Assembly: GCA_009692465.1 (NCBI GenBank)
Contig: SHZD01000003.1
Location: 15,121 to 79,120 of the forward strand
Length of the DNA: 64,000 bases
Direction: 5' to 3'
Source of the DNA: Myxococcales bacterium
Lineage (GTDB): Bacteria > Myxococcota_A > UBA9042
The notes beneath the pieces are model-generated. The model searched no databases. It was not told the DNA's origin and worked only from the letters and a program-made list of their open reading frames with translations. A program made the position numbers and the translations under genes. This document shows, piece after piece, positions 1-9,838 of the stretch (position 1 is its first letter; every line of letters starts with the position of its first letter).

Positions 1-102
1 GCGCGCCGCCAGCAGGCGGGCAATCGCGGACACGCCAATACCGCCGACGCCGATCAGGTGCCAGACCGCTGAGGAATCTAAGAGTTGCGCTGAATTCGCC
101 AT
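1..102 (-). CDS. murC: UDP-N-acetylmuramate--L-alanine ligase-like (MurC/Mpl family), N-terminal fragment running off the window
   Basis: Not in the ORF track. Manual translation from ATG at 102 gives MANSAQLLDSSAVWHLIGVGGIGVSAIARLLAAR, matching the MurC N-terminal H-x-x-G-I/V-G-G-x-G-x-S-x-I-A motif. Starts 6 bp after the speE stop. Confidence 0.7.
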   Translation of the reverse strand, partial: MANSAQLLDSSAVWHLIGVGGIGVSAIARLLAAR

Positions 103-108
103 CTTTGC

Positions 109-1047
109 CTACACGTCAAAATCGGCTGGATCATCGGCCAACGACGGCAACGCTGCCGCGGGCAAACCCTGCAAGCGCCGCTGAACGTACGTCGGCAAAG
201 CGAAAGCCGCGGCGATAAACGGCCCGTTGGCGTAGCGCAAGTCGGGCTCCAATTGGCGCACGCGGGCACCTTGAGGCTCAATCGAAGTGGCCAAGTCGAT
301 GGTTTGACTCGCTGCTGTATAGGCCCACACTCCGCCCGGATAGGCGGTCACTTGGCCTAAGTAAAGGCGAGTATTGGAAAAAATCTCAGACAGCGTGTGA
401 TACACCCCAGCGACGCGGTCAAGGTAAAACGTGGGCGAGTCGCTCTGGGGTACCAAAATACCGCCGTCGCCCAGCAATGTCGCGCAATGTCGGTAAAATT
501 TCTCCGTGAACAATTCCACAGCGGCATCGACGGGATCGGTCGAGTCGACCAAGATGACATCGAACTGCCCGCCAGCCGCCGCCGCCTGCTCGACGTAGGC
601 CAGCCCATCGCCGACGATGACTTGAGCCCGCGGATCGTCTAAAGCAACCGCACATTGGGGAAAATACTGCCGCGCACAGCGAATGACCTCGCCGTCGATG
701 TCGACAAGTACCGCAAGTTCGACCACCGGGTGACGCAGCACTTCGCGCAAAGTCCCACCGTCGCCGCCGCCAATGATCAACACCCGTTTGGGGGCGGGAT
801 GCGCGAGCAGGGCTGGATGGGCCAGCATTTCGTGGTAACCCGACTCGTCGCGGTCGGTCACGTTGGTAACCCCGCCCAGAGCCAACACAGTGCCCCAACC
901 TTGAGCCTCAAATACGTCGATGGACTGAAATGGCGTCTGCAGCCGTTCGTGGATGTGGGTGACGGTGAACGTCAGGTGGGTGTCCCTGAGCCACGGATCG
1001 AAATAGCGTGTTTTTCCATTGACTTGGACAAAAGACTCGGCGGGCAT
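109..1047 (-). CDS. speE: Spermidine synthase / polyamine aminopropyltransferase
   Basis: Motifs YHEMLAHP, VLIIGGGDGG, VDID, VDSTDP and YPGG-W. Start moved to MPAESF (ATG 1047). Confidence 0.9.
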   Translation of the reverse strand: MPAESFVQVNGKTRYFDPWLRDTHLTFTVTHIHERLQTPFQSIDVFEAQGWGTVLALGGVTNVTDRDESGYHEMLAHPALLAHPAPKRVLIIGGGDGGTLREVLRHPVVELAVLVDIDGEVIRCARQYFPQCAVALDDPRAQVIVGDGLAYVEQAAAAGGQFDVILVDSTDPVDAAVELFTEKFYRHCATLLGDGGILVPQSDSPTFYLDRVAGVYHTLSEIFSNTRLYLGQVTAYPGGVWAYTAASQTIDLATSIEPQGARVRQLEPDLRYANGPFIAAAFALPTYVQRRLQGLPAAALPSLADDPADFDV

Positions 1048-1207
1048 GCACGTCCTAGATGACCGGCCGCTCCAAGGGCGCCGCGCGCGCGGTGTACCGA
1101 AATTTGCAGGATTGGGCAAGACCTCTGGCGCCGACGGCCGTGAAGGGTGAACCCAAGCTGGTCGTCAGCAATACTGGTCGGCGTCGACAATGAATCACTG
1201 TGAAACC

Positions 1208-1354
1208 AAGATGTTGTTCAATGGGTGCCGCCCGATCTAGCGCTCGATTCGCCCCAATTTCCGCCGGTCGCCCTAAGGCAGTTCGTTGAACCAAAATTGC
1301 AGACGGGCCGAAATAATCTGCATAAATCTAGAATGTTGTTTGATGGGTGCCACC
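1208..1354 (+). repeat. Two copies of dispersed motif A (ATGTTGTTYRATGGGTGCCRCC)
   Basis: Copies at about 1208-1237 and 1333-1354 match the motif at 12189, 12324, 12469, 22931, 34501 and 34670. Confidence 0.75.
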
Positions 1355-1383
1355 CCACATTTGACCCCACATTTGCGGCTTGG

Positions 1384-2064
1384 CTAGATCTTGAAGCTTC
1401 CCGACGCCGGGCCAAAGACCAGCAGTGGCAGGCTGGCAATCCCGTCCAGCACATAATCGGCGCCCATCCCGTGTGCGGCCTTGCTGCCATCGTGGTCGAC
1501 AAGCGCACAGCGGATACCGGCATTGCGCGCGGTGTTGCGATCAATTCGCGAATTGCCGACCAAAAGAGTGTTGTTGCGATCGCCGCCGCACCGGAGCATC
1601 AGTTCTTCGGCGCCAGCGGGGTCAGGCTTGCGCGGCACGTCGCCGTCGCCAGCCATCAAGAACAAAAACCACTTGTCGATGCCCATCTGCTGGACCAGCC
1701 GGTGCGACGCGGCCTGCGGTTTGTTGGTCAGAATGGCCAACTTGACCCCGCCGCGAACCAACTCCTCCAAGGCCTCGGCGATACCGGCAAACAACACGGC
1801 TTTGGCCCCCAGACGCATCTCGTACCGCTCGCGAAAGCCCGGCAATTGTGCCGATATCTCGAGGTCAGTCGGCACGTCGCCAGTGGCCAACAGCGCGGAT
1901 TTCAGCAAGGTGCGCAGGTGTTCGCCGGGCCATTCAGCCACGTGCGCACTGGTCAGCGCCGGTCGACCCAGCGCCGTGAGGTGGTCGTTGAGCGCGTCCG
2001 TCAGATCCTGCAAGGTATCGACGAGCGTGCCATTCAGATCCAAAATGACCACCGAAAACCGCAC
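1384..2064 (-). CDS. gph: HAD-family hydrolase, phosphoglycolate phosphatase-like
   Basis: Motif I DLNGTLVDT (second Asp is Asn), ILTNKP, RKPDP, and motif IV VGNSRID (first Asp is Asn). Confidence 0.75.
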   Translation of the reverse strand: MRFSVVILDLNGTLVDTLQDLTDALNDHLTALGRPALTSAHVAEWPGEHLRTLLKSALLATGDVPTDLEISAQLPGFRERYEMRLGAKAVLFAGIAEALEELVRGGVKLAILTNKPQAASHRLVQQMGIDKWFLFLMAGDGDVPRKPDPAGAEELMLRCGGDRNNTLLVGNSRIDRNTARNAGIRCALVDHDGSKAAHGMGADYVLDGIASLPLLVFGPASGSFKI

Positions 2065-2223
2065 TTCTGGCTCCCTTGCGACCGCGGCCGCGGCCGCGGC
2101 CGTCTCAAGTGTTGCTCAAGGTCGCGCAATTGCCAAGTCCGGCTGCGCGCGTTACCGTGCGCTGGCTGTCCGTGCCGTTAGTGCCACGGTCAATTGGACC
2201 CGCGCCGGAGTCAACCCGTCTAA

Positions 2224-3108
2224 ATGAGCCGCATCTCGCTATTCAGCGCTCCGCTCGTGGGCCTCGCCGTCGCAGTCATCGCCACCGTCGGCACGGCGAT
2301 GGCGTTCTCGGGGCGGGCCGCCGAACCTACGCGCATCGAAGCGAGCGACGACGGCAAGACCGTCAGCGTGCCGGGCGAAACCGCACCCAAGGTGCGGACC
2401 AAGTTGCCGCTGCCGACAGTCCGCCGAACGGCCGCGGACAAGCCGCTAATTCAGCCCAAAGTGAGTGCGCCAGTCGTGGATGCACCCGCGATTTCCGCTC
2501 CAGAGCAAGTGCGGTCGGCATTCGAGGTGTTCGCAGGCTACACCTACTTGCCGGTCGGCGTGTTGCGCGCCATTCAGACCGCGGCCGACCCAGGCAAGGC
2601 CCAACGCGATCAGCACCCGCAGATGCAAGGAACGGCGATCGAAGTCGGCTATCGGTGGGGGCTGTCGCCGCAAAGTTGGCTGGTAGTGCGCGCGGGCATC
2701 GTGGCACCCAACGTGCCGGATCAAAATTGGTGGGCGACTAGCGGAAAGCCGGCCCCGCTGTACACCGAAATTAACCTCGTCGGCATTGAATTGATGGCCG
2801 ACTACTTGCGGCGTCTAGCCATCACCGATTTCTTGGGTGTGTACGCCCGCGGCGGAATTGGCCTGCAAATTCTGGGTGGCAGCGCCACTCAAACTGAGAC
2901 GTTGCCCAACTGCCCAGCCGCTAAAGCTGCAAGTTGTGCGACCTGGCAACATGTAGGCAAGACTGAGGTATCGCTGCCGCCGGTGTTGCCCGCTTTGCGA
3001 GCCAGCGTGGGCGTCGACCTCAAGGTCAATAGCGAACTGAGGTTGGCCTTGGAAGGCGGCCTGCGCGCCGCTCCGTATCTGGGTGGCGGCGTGGTGTATG
3101 CGTTCTAG
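2224..3108 (+). CDS. Exported hypothetical protein, probable outer-membrane beta-barrel domain
   Basis: N-terminal signal peptide, Pro-rich linker, alternating beta-strand pattern and C-terminal GGGVVYAF. Confidence 0.65.
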   Translation: MSRISLFSAPLVGLAVAVIATVGTAMAFSGRAAEPTRIEASDDGKTVSVPGETAPKVRTKLPLPTVRRTAADKPLIQPKVSAPVVDAPAISAPEQVRSAFEVFAGYTYLPVGVLRAIQTAADPGKAQRDQHPQMQGTAIEVGYRWGLSPQSWLVVRAGIVAPNVPDQNWWATSGKPAPLYTEINLVGIELMADYLRRLAITDFLGVYARGGIGLQILGGSATQTETLPNCPAAKAASCATWQHVGKTEVSLPPVLPALRASVGVDLKVNSELRLALEGGLRAAPYLGGGVVYAF

Positions 3109-3261
3109 AGATTGAACCGATCAACGGTCATCCGACAAAGATTGCGCAACGGAAATGGGGCGGCGAGACGCCAACCCGCCGACATTTGAACAAGTGGCGA
3201 TCGCCCTCGACCGACGAAACAAGCCGTGAGACGCCGAGCAAATTCGATTTGATCGGCTAAC
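3108..3261. mobile_element. MITE-like repeat, family B
   Basis: Fills the gap between two convergent TAG stops. Imperfect TIR (AACCGATCAA / TTGATCGGCT). Core GCGGCGAGACGCC...GACCGACGAAACAAGC...GACGCCGAGCAAAT is shared with 24733, 48769 and 52666. Confidence 0.7.
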
Positions 3262-6200
3262 TATGGGCAGACCTTTTCAAACGCGCACTTCTTGCCCACC
3301 GACCCGACTGGCGTGCACAGATCGGTGGTGCAGGCGTCGCCATCGTCGCAGGCATTCGTGCCACTGGCGCATTGCCCATTGTTGCACGAATCAGCCGCAG
3401 TACACGGATTGCCATCGGTGCAGCCACTGCCGTCGGCTTCCTTGCCCGCCGCCACACACGTACCGCCGACGCAGCCGTCGTCCACGCTACAAGGATTGCC
3501 GTCGCTGCACGGACTGCCCTCGGCTTTGGGGTTGCCTGCACACCCTTTGGCCTTGCAAATGTCGCCGGTGGTGCAACTTTGGCCGTCGTTGCACGGGCTG
3601 TTTTGCGGCAACTGGCTCGCCACGCATTGCCCGGAGCCCGGATCGCAGGCGTCAATGGTGCACGGTTGGCCATCATCGCAGACCTTGGCTAGGCCTAGGC
3701 ACTGCCCAGAAGCGCAGCCGTCTTGCAACGTACAGGGATTGCTGTCATCACACAGGGGTCCGCTGATGCCATTGACCTGACACAACCCCGACTTGAGGTC
3801 GCACACGTCCTCAGTGCAGGGGTTGTTGTCGTTGCACACTGAGCTGGATTTGCAAGAAACATCAAAGACTTGCACATCATCCACAAACGGCCCGCTGCCC
3901 ACACCCGCTGCTGGCTGGCAGGATGTCACATAGCGCAGACGCAACCGCAGCTTGAACCCTGCCCACGGGGTCAAATCGACATTGAGCACCTGCCAGCCAA
4001 TCGGCGGAGTGGGCTGCGCCAAAATGGTCCAGGCCGACAATCCATAAGGCTGCAAATCAACAAACAGTTTTTCGCCCAAGCCCGGCTGCCAAGTGCCGGC
4101 CAAGTTGATGCGCGCCTTGACCGGAGCACCAAACTTGAAAGCGGCCAGCGACAGCACTGGCGACAGCGCGCTGGTTTCGATTGAGGTAACACCTAAAGGA
4201 CATGCGGTATTTTCGCCATTGTTGCAGTTGAGTGTGCAATCGGGCGACAGCGGACCCGGCACATTGGGCGAGGCATCCATATGCCACGCTGGCGCGCCAT
4301 CGGCTTGCGGGCCGTCGCGCAGCCAATAGCTGTTGGCGGCTTGTCCACAGGTAAAAGTGGCCTCGTAGGGCAGTGCGAATTCTCCACAACCGTCGATCGT
4401 CTTGTGAAAACAGCCAACGACCGATTCGCACAAGTCAATGCTGCAAGCGTACCCATCGTCGCAGTTGCGCATAACCCCTAGGCAGGCGCCTTTTTGACAA
4501 GTGGTCTGCACAGTGCAGGCATCACCGTCGTCGCAACTACCTGTCAGCGGCTCAGGCGTGCACAGACCCGCCGCACACTTGGTCGGCTTGCACGGATCTT
4601 TGGGCTGGGCACAGAGAGCGTCCAACGTACAAGATGCGGGCTGGGCAATTTGCAGACGTAAGTCATCGACAAACCAACCAGCGGTCTCGTTGTCGAACTG
4701 GTCCACGGTCTCGTAGCGCAGTTTGACCACGATGCTCTTGCCAGCAAATTTGCTCAAGTTAACCCGAACTTTGCTCCACAGGCCGCGCCGCAAGTGATTG
4801 GGCAGCTGCACGGCTTCTTGGACAATGGTGCCGCCGACGTACAACACCTCGACGGTGCGCTTGTCTTTGATGTTGGACTTCTCGCCGTCGTGCCACGACC
4901 AAAATGTCAACTGGGCCGTCCCCTGCAAAGGCAGTGTCGTCTTGGGCAGCACAAAGCCGCCCTTAATCGGCACCCCGATGTCCACGTTGACGTTGTTGTT
5001 GAAATTAAGCGAGTAGGGCAGCGAATGCGGGGTCGGCGGATTGGGCAAGGCGTCGACTTGCCAACCGATCTTGCTGACCACAGGGTCGAGTTCCCAGTCT
5101 TTGGGGGCGGCGCCGGTATCGAAATTGCTAGCTGTGATGATTACGCAATTGTCCAGTTGAGGCCCATCGCAAACCCCGTCGCCACAGGCGGTTTTTTCGG
5201 TGCACGGATCGCCGTCATCGCAGGCGGTGCTGTTGGCCAGCGCAATGTAGCTGCAGGCGGACGGCCCATCGGCGGTGGCAAAGCAGGCATCGAGCGTACA
5301 CGCTTCAAAGTCGTCGCAAACATTGACCACCGAGGCCTTGCACAAGCTGTTGTCGCAGGCGCTGCTCGGGTTGCATGGATTGCCGTCGTCGCACGGGGTG
5401 CCATCGGCAATCATCTTGCCGCCTTGACACTTGCCCTTGAAACACGTTTGCGTTTGGGTACACGGGGCACTGGAACTGCACGGCGCGTTGTCGGCGACGA
5501 TGGTGGGTCCGCCGCATAGGCCCTTTTGGCAGCCATCGGGGCTGCTACAGGAGTTGCCGTCGTCACATTTGGCGCCGTCGACTTTGACCACGGCCGAGCA
5601 GCCGGCGACCGCGTCACAGCTGTCCAGTGTGCAGACGTTGCCGTCCTCGCACAACTTGGGTTTGGCCAAACAGTAGCCCTTCCAACACTGGTCGCCGACG
5701 GTGCATTCGTCGCCATCGGTGCAAGTGATCTGGTTGGGCGCGTAGACGCAACTGCCGCCTGCACAGGAGTCATCGGTGCACACGTCGCCGTCGTTGCAGG
5801 CGCCGGCTTGCGCACAAGCGGTGGGTTGGGCAGCGACAATTTGCAAATCGTCGACAAACCAGCCCTTTCCGGATTGAGCGATGCAGTTCAAGCCCGACCA
5901 CCGCAACCGCAATCGCACTTTTTTGTCGGCAATTTTGACCAAGCTGATCCGCACCCGTTGCCATGACTTGTCGCCAACCGCGTTGTCCTGCCATAACACG
6001 ATGGCAATGGTGGCGAAGTTGTCGCTGGACACTTCGATCAAGCGCAGGTTTTGGCTGGCCGCCGTGCCGACATCATGCCAGCTGTACAGCCACAAGGCCG
6101 GGTCCTTGAGCCCTTGCAGATCGATCACCGCACTGCTGGCACTGGCTTTGCCAGCAATTCCGCCGACGCAGGGCACCGACTTGCCGTCGTTGACGTTGAG

Positions 6201-9200
6201 CGAGCACCCACCACTGTGAAACCCGGGTGGACTCGGTGTCGCATCGACGCCGAAGGTGACCGTGCTCGATCCGGGTAGTGGAACCAATTCCCACGGCGCA
6301 CTGCAGTCAATGGCATCTTGCCACACCACCGAACAAGGCACGGTCGCGCCGACGCAATGGCCGGCGCTGCAATGGTCGCCGGCGGTGCAAGGGCTGCCGT
6401 CGTCACAGGCGGTGCCGCCGTTGACTTGCTCCCATTGGCAGGTGCCGCCTTGGACGCACTCGTCTTTGGTACACAGATTGCCATCGTCGCATTTGGGCCG
6501 GGTGGTACACTTGCCGTTGACGCAGAAGTCGCCGACCGTGCAGGCGTTGCCGTCCGGGCATGGATCGCCGTCGGGTCGCGGGGCGTTGACGCAGCCTTTA
6601 GCGGCAAGGCAAAAGTCCAGAGTGCAAATGTCGCCGTCATCACAAACGGTTAGGGTGGCGCCCGCGCAATCGCCGCCGGCAGTGCAAGCGTCTGCGGCCG
6701 TGCAGCCGTTGCCGTCCTCGCACTTGCCGAGCAGGGTCTGGTGACTGCACCAACCGCCACCGAGGCAGACTTCGGCGGTGCACGAGTTGCCGTCCTCGCA
6801 ATCGGGCGCAGTTTGACACTTCTTGGCGACACCTGCGTGTACAGCCAGATCGCTGACCAGCCAGCCCAATCCTTCCGTATCGGGACACGACGCGGAATCA
6901 AAAACCAACTGCAACTGCACGACCTTGCCCTGCCACGGCGTGAGATCGATGCGCAAGTGCCGCCAAACCCCGGGCTTTTCCCCGTCATTTGTCAGCCACA
7001 GGACTGTGGTCGTCGTCGTCTTGGTACTGGTTGTGTGGCTGATGTCGATCCAGCGCAGATTAACCTGATTGCTTTTCCCCACATCAGCGTAACTGCGGAG
7101 CTTGAGCACGGGCCGTTGCAGTCCGGTCAGGTCCAGCGTGCGCGTCGCGGTGCCCGACACCTTGGTCGTGTCAGCGCATTTGACCGAGGTGCCGTTGGTA
7201 AATCCCAGGGCGCAGCCGACGCCAACCGCCGCTGGCATCGTCACCATCCGCCACGCTGCCTCGGCGGTCGCCGGCACCGGCAAGTCCCAGCCACCGTTGT
7301 CGGTACACACCGTTGGCAGCGTTTGGGCGATGGCACACGGCGCCGCCATCCCCAGGCAACTGCTGTTGGCGGTACAAGCGTCCGCCTCCGTGCAGGCGTT
7401 GCTGTCGGTGCACGGGGTGGCAGAAATGACCTTGAGGTGCGAGCACGTCAGCCCAGCGCAGGAGTCCTGCGTGCATGGATTGCCGTCGTCACAAAAAAAG
7501 CGCGGGATGCACACGCCCAAGTGACAGACGCTGGCATCGGAGCAGGCGTCGCCGTCATCGCAGGCGACCGCCTCGTTGCTGATGGCGGCGGCGCATTTGC
7601 CTGAAGCCAAGTCGCACACGTCGTAGGTACACGGGTTCTTGTCGTCGCAGTTGACGCTGAGCGTGCCTGCGCACACTCCGCCGCTACACGAATCGCCACC
7701 AGTGCAGGCGTTGCTGTCGTCGCAGTCGCCGCTGAAATCGCTGCCGACGCACTCTCCGCCGGCGCATTTTTCGCCAATCGTGCAAGAATTGCCGTCATCA
7801 CAGGTGCCGAGCAGCGCGGCCTTGCCTTGGCAGGCCCCGTTCTTGCAGGCGTCTTGAATCGTGCAGGGGTTGCCGTCACTGCACACCGTCAGCGCATTGT
7901 TCTTGTGATTGCACAGTTTGCTGGATGGCACGCAACCGTCGTCGGTGCAAGCGTTGCCATCGTCACAATCGGTGGCTTTCTTGCAGTAGGTTCCTCCCAC
8001 TTCCACGTCGTCGACAAATGGACCTGTGAGATTGGCTGCTTTGGCGCAATCGGGGGCGACCATGTGCAACCGCAGGCGAAACAGAGCCGGCGCCGGCTGG
8101 GGCAGCTTGATTTCGACTTGCTGCCAGCCGCCGCCACTGGGTCCGCCGGCAAAACTGTGGACGGTCTGCCACAGCGTGTCGCCCTTGGCCAAGATGACCA
8201 CGGTGAGGACATCTTGAGTACGCCAAGTGCCGCCGAGCCAAAACCGCATGGATACCGCATGGTTGCTGCCTAACGCCGCCGTCGAGAACATCGGACTGGT
8301 TGCCGTCGCCTGCGCGCTATTGCCATCGGGCGCGCATTGCATCGAAGTGCCCAGGTTGAAGTTGAGCGAGCAGGCCGCAGATTTGTAACCAGCTATAAAT
8401 ACACCAAGTTTTGGTATCGCATCTAACGTCCACCGCGGCGCGCCAGGCACGGGTGGCGATAGCTCCCAGGCCGGCTTTTCGGCGCAGGCAAACGCTTGCT
8501 TGTGGGGTAGTTCAACGACGCAACCGAACAATTCGCTGTGGAAACAGCCGACCTTGGGGTCGCAGGTGTCGACCGTACAGGGATTGTCGTCATCGCAGGC
8601 TTCAATCGCATCGCTGTGTTCGCAGCCAGCGATGCCGCCACAGATGTCATTGCTGCACGGGTTGGCGTCGTCGCAGTTCGCGTTTTCATCGGTGGCGTTG
8701 TTGCAGTTGTCGTCGTAGCCATTGCAGACTTCTGGTTTAGGCTCAGCGCCTTGGCACGGAGCCAAGCCATCGGGGCCGCACACGCGCTTGCCGGTGCAAG
8801 TGCCAGCGCTATTTTGCAGGCTGCAGGCGCTGGCCAACTTGTGGGCAATCGCACGCGGCGAACAGGCGCAGACCCCATTTTGCGGAGCGCATTGTTTGCT
8901 CGAACTGCCCGCCGTGGTGGTCACGACTTCGCAGGCAAACCCAGTAGGACAATCAACTGAAGTCAGGCACTTGACGCCACAGCGACCGCCGCCGTCGCCG
9001 CCTTGAATACACGCGGCGCCGGCTGCCCCTGGCGCCTTGCAGTCGTTCTGGGTCGCACACGGATCGCACAACGTCAGCAGTGGATCGACGCACACGGTGC
9101 CGCCAGCCAGCAAGTCGCACACTTGCCCGGTGGCGCATTCCTTGCTGGAGGCGCACGGCGCCGCGCACACTTGGCTGCCGTCCCGCTTCTCGGCGCAAGC

Positions 9201-9584
9201 GATGGTACAGTCGCTGTGACTTTGGCATGGACAACCGGCGCTGCGGCAACTGGGGGCGCCGTCGGGCTTGGTCCCGCCATCGACCGCGGTGGTGACTGTG
9301 ACTTCGGTGGCCAACAGCGCATCGGCGTCGGCAGTGGCAGTGATGGTTGGTGGTGGTTGGGGTCCGGCAGAACAAGCGCTGACAAGGCCCAGACCGGCCA
9401 GCGCAACCCAAACGACCTGACTGAGGGCCCGTACAAGAATGACTCGATCGATCCGCGATTGGAGCGGAGCCTGCAGGCGGCTTGCAAAGCCGCGAGCTAG
9501 CGACCCACCAAGCAAGCAAGGCGCCGCGGGGCAAAATCGGCTTGATTTTGCACGGGCCCTAAGGCTCAAGCCGACCCCCCACAT
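3261..9584 (-). CDS. Giant (~2100 aa) Cys-rich lipoprotein with CDDGNxCTxDxC repeats and five repeated beta-sandwich domains
   Basis: Lipobox LVSAC, many CDDGNPCT repeats, EVCNGYDDNCN metal-binding motif, and five ~150-aa Cys-poor domains ending G(P/W)(F/L)V(D/S)D. Start uncertain (ATG 9584). Confidence 0.85.
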   Translation of the reverse strand: MWGVGLSLRARAKSSRFCPAAPCLLGGSLARGFASRLQAPLQSRIDRVILVRALSQVVWVALAGLGLVSACSAGPQPPPTITATADADALLATEVTVTTAVDGGTKPDGAPSCRSAGCPCQSHSDCTIACAEKRDGSQVCAAPCASSKECATGQVCDLLAGGTVCVDPLLTLCDPCATQNDCKAPGAAGAACIQGGDGGGRCGVKCLTSVDCPTGFACEVVTTTAGSSSKQCAPQNGVCACSPRAIAHKLASACSLQNSAGTCTGKRVCGPDGLAPCQGAEPKPEVCNGYDDNCNNATDENANCDDANPCSNDICGGIAGCEHSDAIEACDDDNPCTVDTCDPKVGCFHSELFGCVVELPHKQAFACAEKPAWELSPPVPGAPRWTLDAIPKLGVFIAGYKSAACSLNFNLGTSMQCAPDGNSAQATATSPMFSTAALGSNHAVSMRFWLGGTWRTQDVLTVVILAKGDTLWQTVHSFAGGPSGGGWQQVEIKLPQPAPALFRLRLHMVAPDCAKAANLTGPFVDDVEVGGTYCKKATDCDDGNACTDDGCVPSSKLCNHKNNALTVCSDGNPCTIQDACKNGACQGKAALLGTCDDGNSCTIGEKCAGGECVGSDFSGDCDDSNACTGGDSCSGGVCAGTLSVNCDDKNPCTYDVCDLASGKCAAAISNEAVACDDGDACSDASVCHLGVCIPRFFCDDGNPCTQDSCAGLTCSHLKVISATPCTDSNACTEADACTANSSCLGMAAPCAIAQTLPTVCTDNGGWDLPVPATAEAAWRMVTMPAAVGVGCALGFTNGTSVKCADTTKVSGTATRTLDLTGLQRPVLKLRSYADVGKSNQVNLRWIDISHTTSTKTTTTTVLWLTNDGEKPGVWRHLRIDLTPWQGKVVQLQLVFDSASCPDTEGLGWLVSDLAVHAGVAKKCQTAPDCEDGNSCTAEVCLGGGWCSHQTLLGKCEDGNGCTAADACTAGGDCAGATLTVCDDGDICTLDFCLAAKGCVNAPRPDGDPCPDGNACTVGDFCVNGKCTTRPKCDDGNLCTKDECVQGGTCQWEQVNGGTACDDGSPCTAGDHCSAGHCVGATVPCSVVWQDAIDCSAPWELVPLPGSSTVTFGVDATPSPPGFHSGGCSLNVNDGKSVPCVGGIAGKASASSAVIDLQGLKDPALWLYSWHDVGTAASQNLRLIEVSSDNFATIAIVLWQDNAVGDKSWQRVRISLVKIADKKVRLRLRWSGLNCIAQSGKGWFVDDLQIVAAQPTACAQAGACNDGDVCTDDSCAGGSCVYAPNQITCTDGDECTVGDQCWKGYCLAKPKLCEDGNVCTLDSCDAVAGCSAVVKVDGAKCDDGNSCSSPDGCQKGLCGGPTIVADNAPCSSSAPCTQTQTCFKGKCQGGKMIADGTPCDDGNPCNPSSACDNSLCKASVVNVCDDFEACTLDACFATADGPSACSYIALANSTACDDGDPCTEKTACGDGVCDGPQLDNCVIITASNFDTGAAPKDWELDPVVSKIGWQVDALPNPPTPHSLPYSLNFNNNVNVDIGVPIKGGFVLPKTTLPLQGTAQLTFWSWHDGEKSNIKDKRTVEVLYVGGTIVQEAVQLPNHLRRGLWSKVRVNLSKFAGKSIVVKLRYETVDQFDNETAGWFVDDLRLQIAQPASCTLDALCAQPKDPCKPTKCAAGLCTPEPLTGSCDDGDACTVQTTCQKGACLGVMRNCDDGYACSIDLCESVVGCFHKTIDGCGEFALPYEATFTCGQAANSYWLRDGPQADGAPAWHMDASPNVPGPLSPDCTLNCNNGENTACPLGVTSIETSALSPVLSLAAFKFGAPVKARINLAGTWQPGLGEKLFVDLQPYGLSAWTILAQPTPPIGWQVLNVDLTPWAGFKLRLRLRYVTSCQPAAGVGSGPFVDDVQVFDVSCKSSSVCNDNNPCTEDVCDLKSGLCQVNGISGPLCDDSNPCTLQDGCASGQCLGLAKVCDDGQPCTIDACDPGSGQCVASQLPQNSPCNDGQSCTTGDICKAKGCAGNPKAEGSPCSDGNPCSVDDGCVGGTCVAAGKEADGSGCTDGNPCTAADSCNNGQCASGTNACDDGDACTTDLCTPVGSVGKKCAFEKVCP
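9425..9559 (-). mobile_element. 135-bp MITE, family C, in frame in the 5' end of the giant lipoprotein gene
   Basis: TIR GGGCCCGTGCAAAA / GGGCCCGTACAAGA. Flanks TTA and TCA on the minus strand. Near-identical to 28247, 34698 and 43427. Confidence 0.85.
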
Positions 9585-9838
9585 TGCGCAACGGACGCGG
9601 CGAGCGGTCGGCAGCAATCGGACGGTACAAAGGCACGGGCACGGCCGCGATCAGGCCCAAGTTTGGCCTAGCGCGCGAGTGTACCACAGTTTGGAAAGGG
9701 GTGTGGCGATAGCTAGTTGCAACAAGCGCGCTGCGACACTAGTCGTTCTTACCGCCCACGCAGCATTCTGAAGCGCAGCCACTGCCCCACTGCCAACTGC
9801 CGCTTGCGACAACGCCGCGAAATGCGCACAATTGCTGC

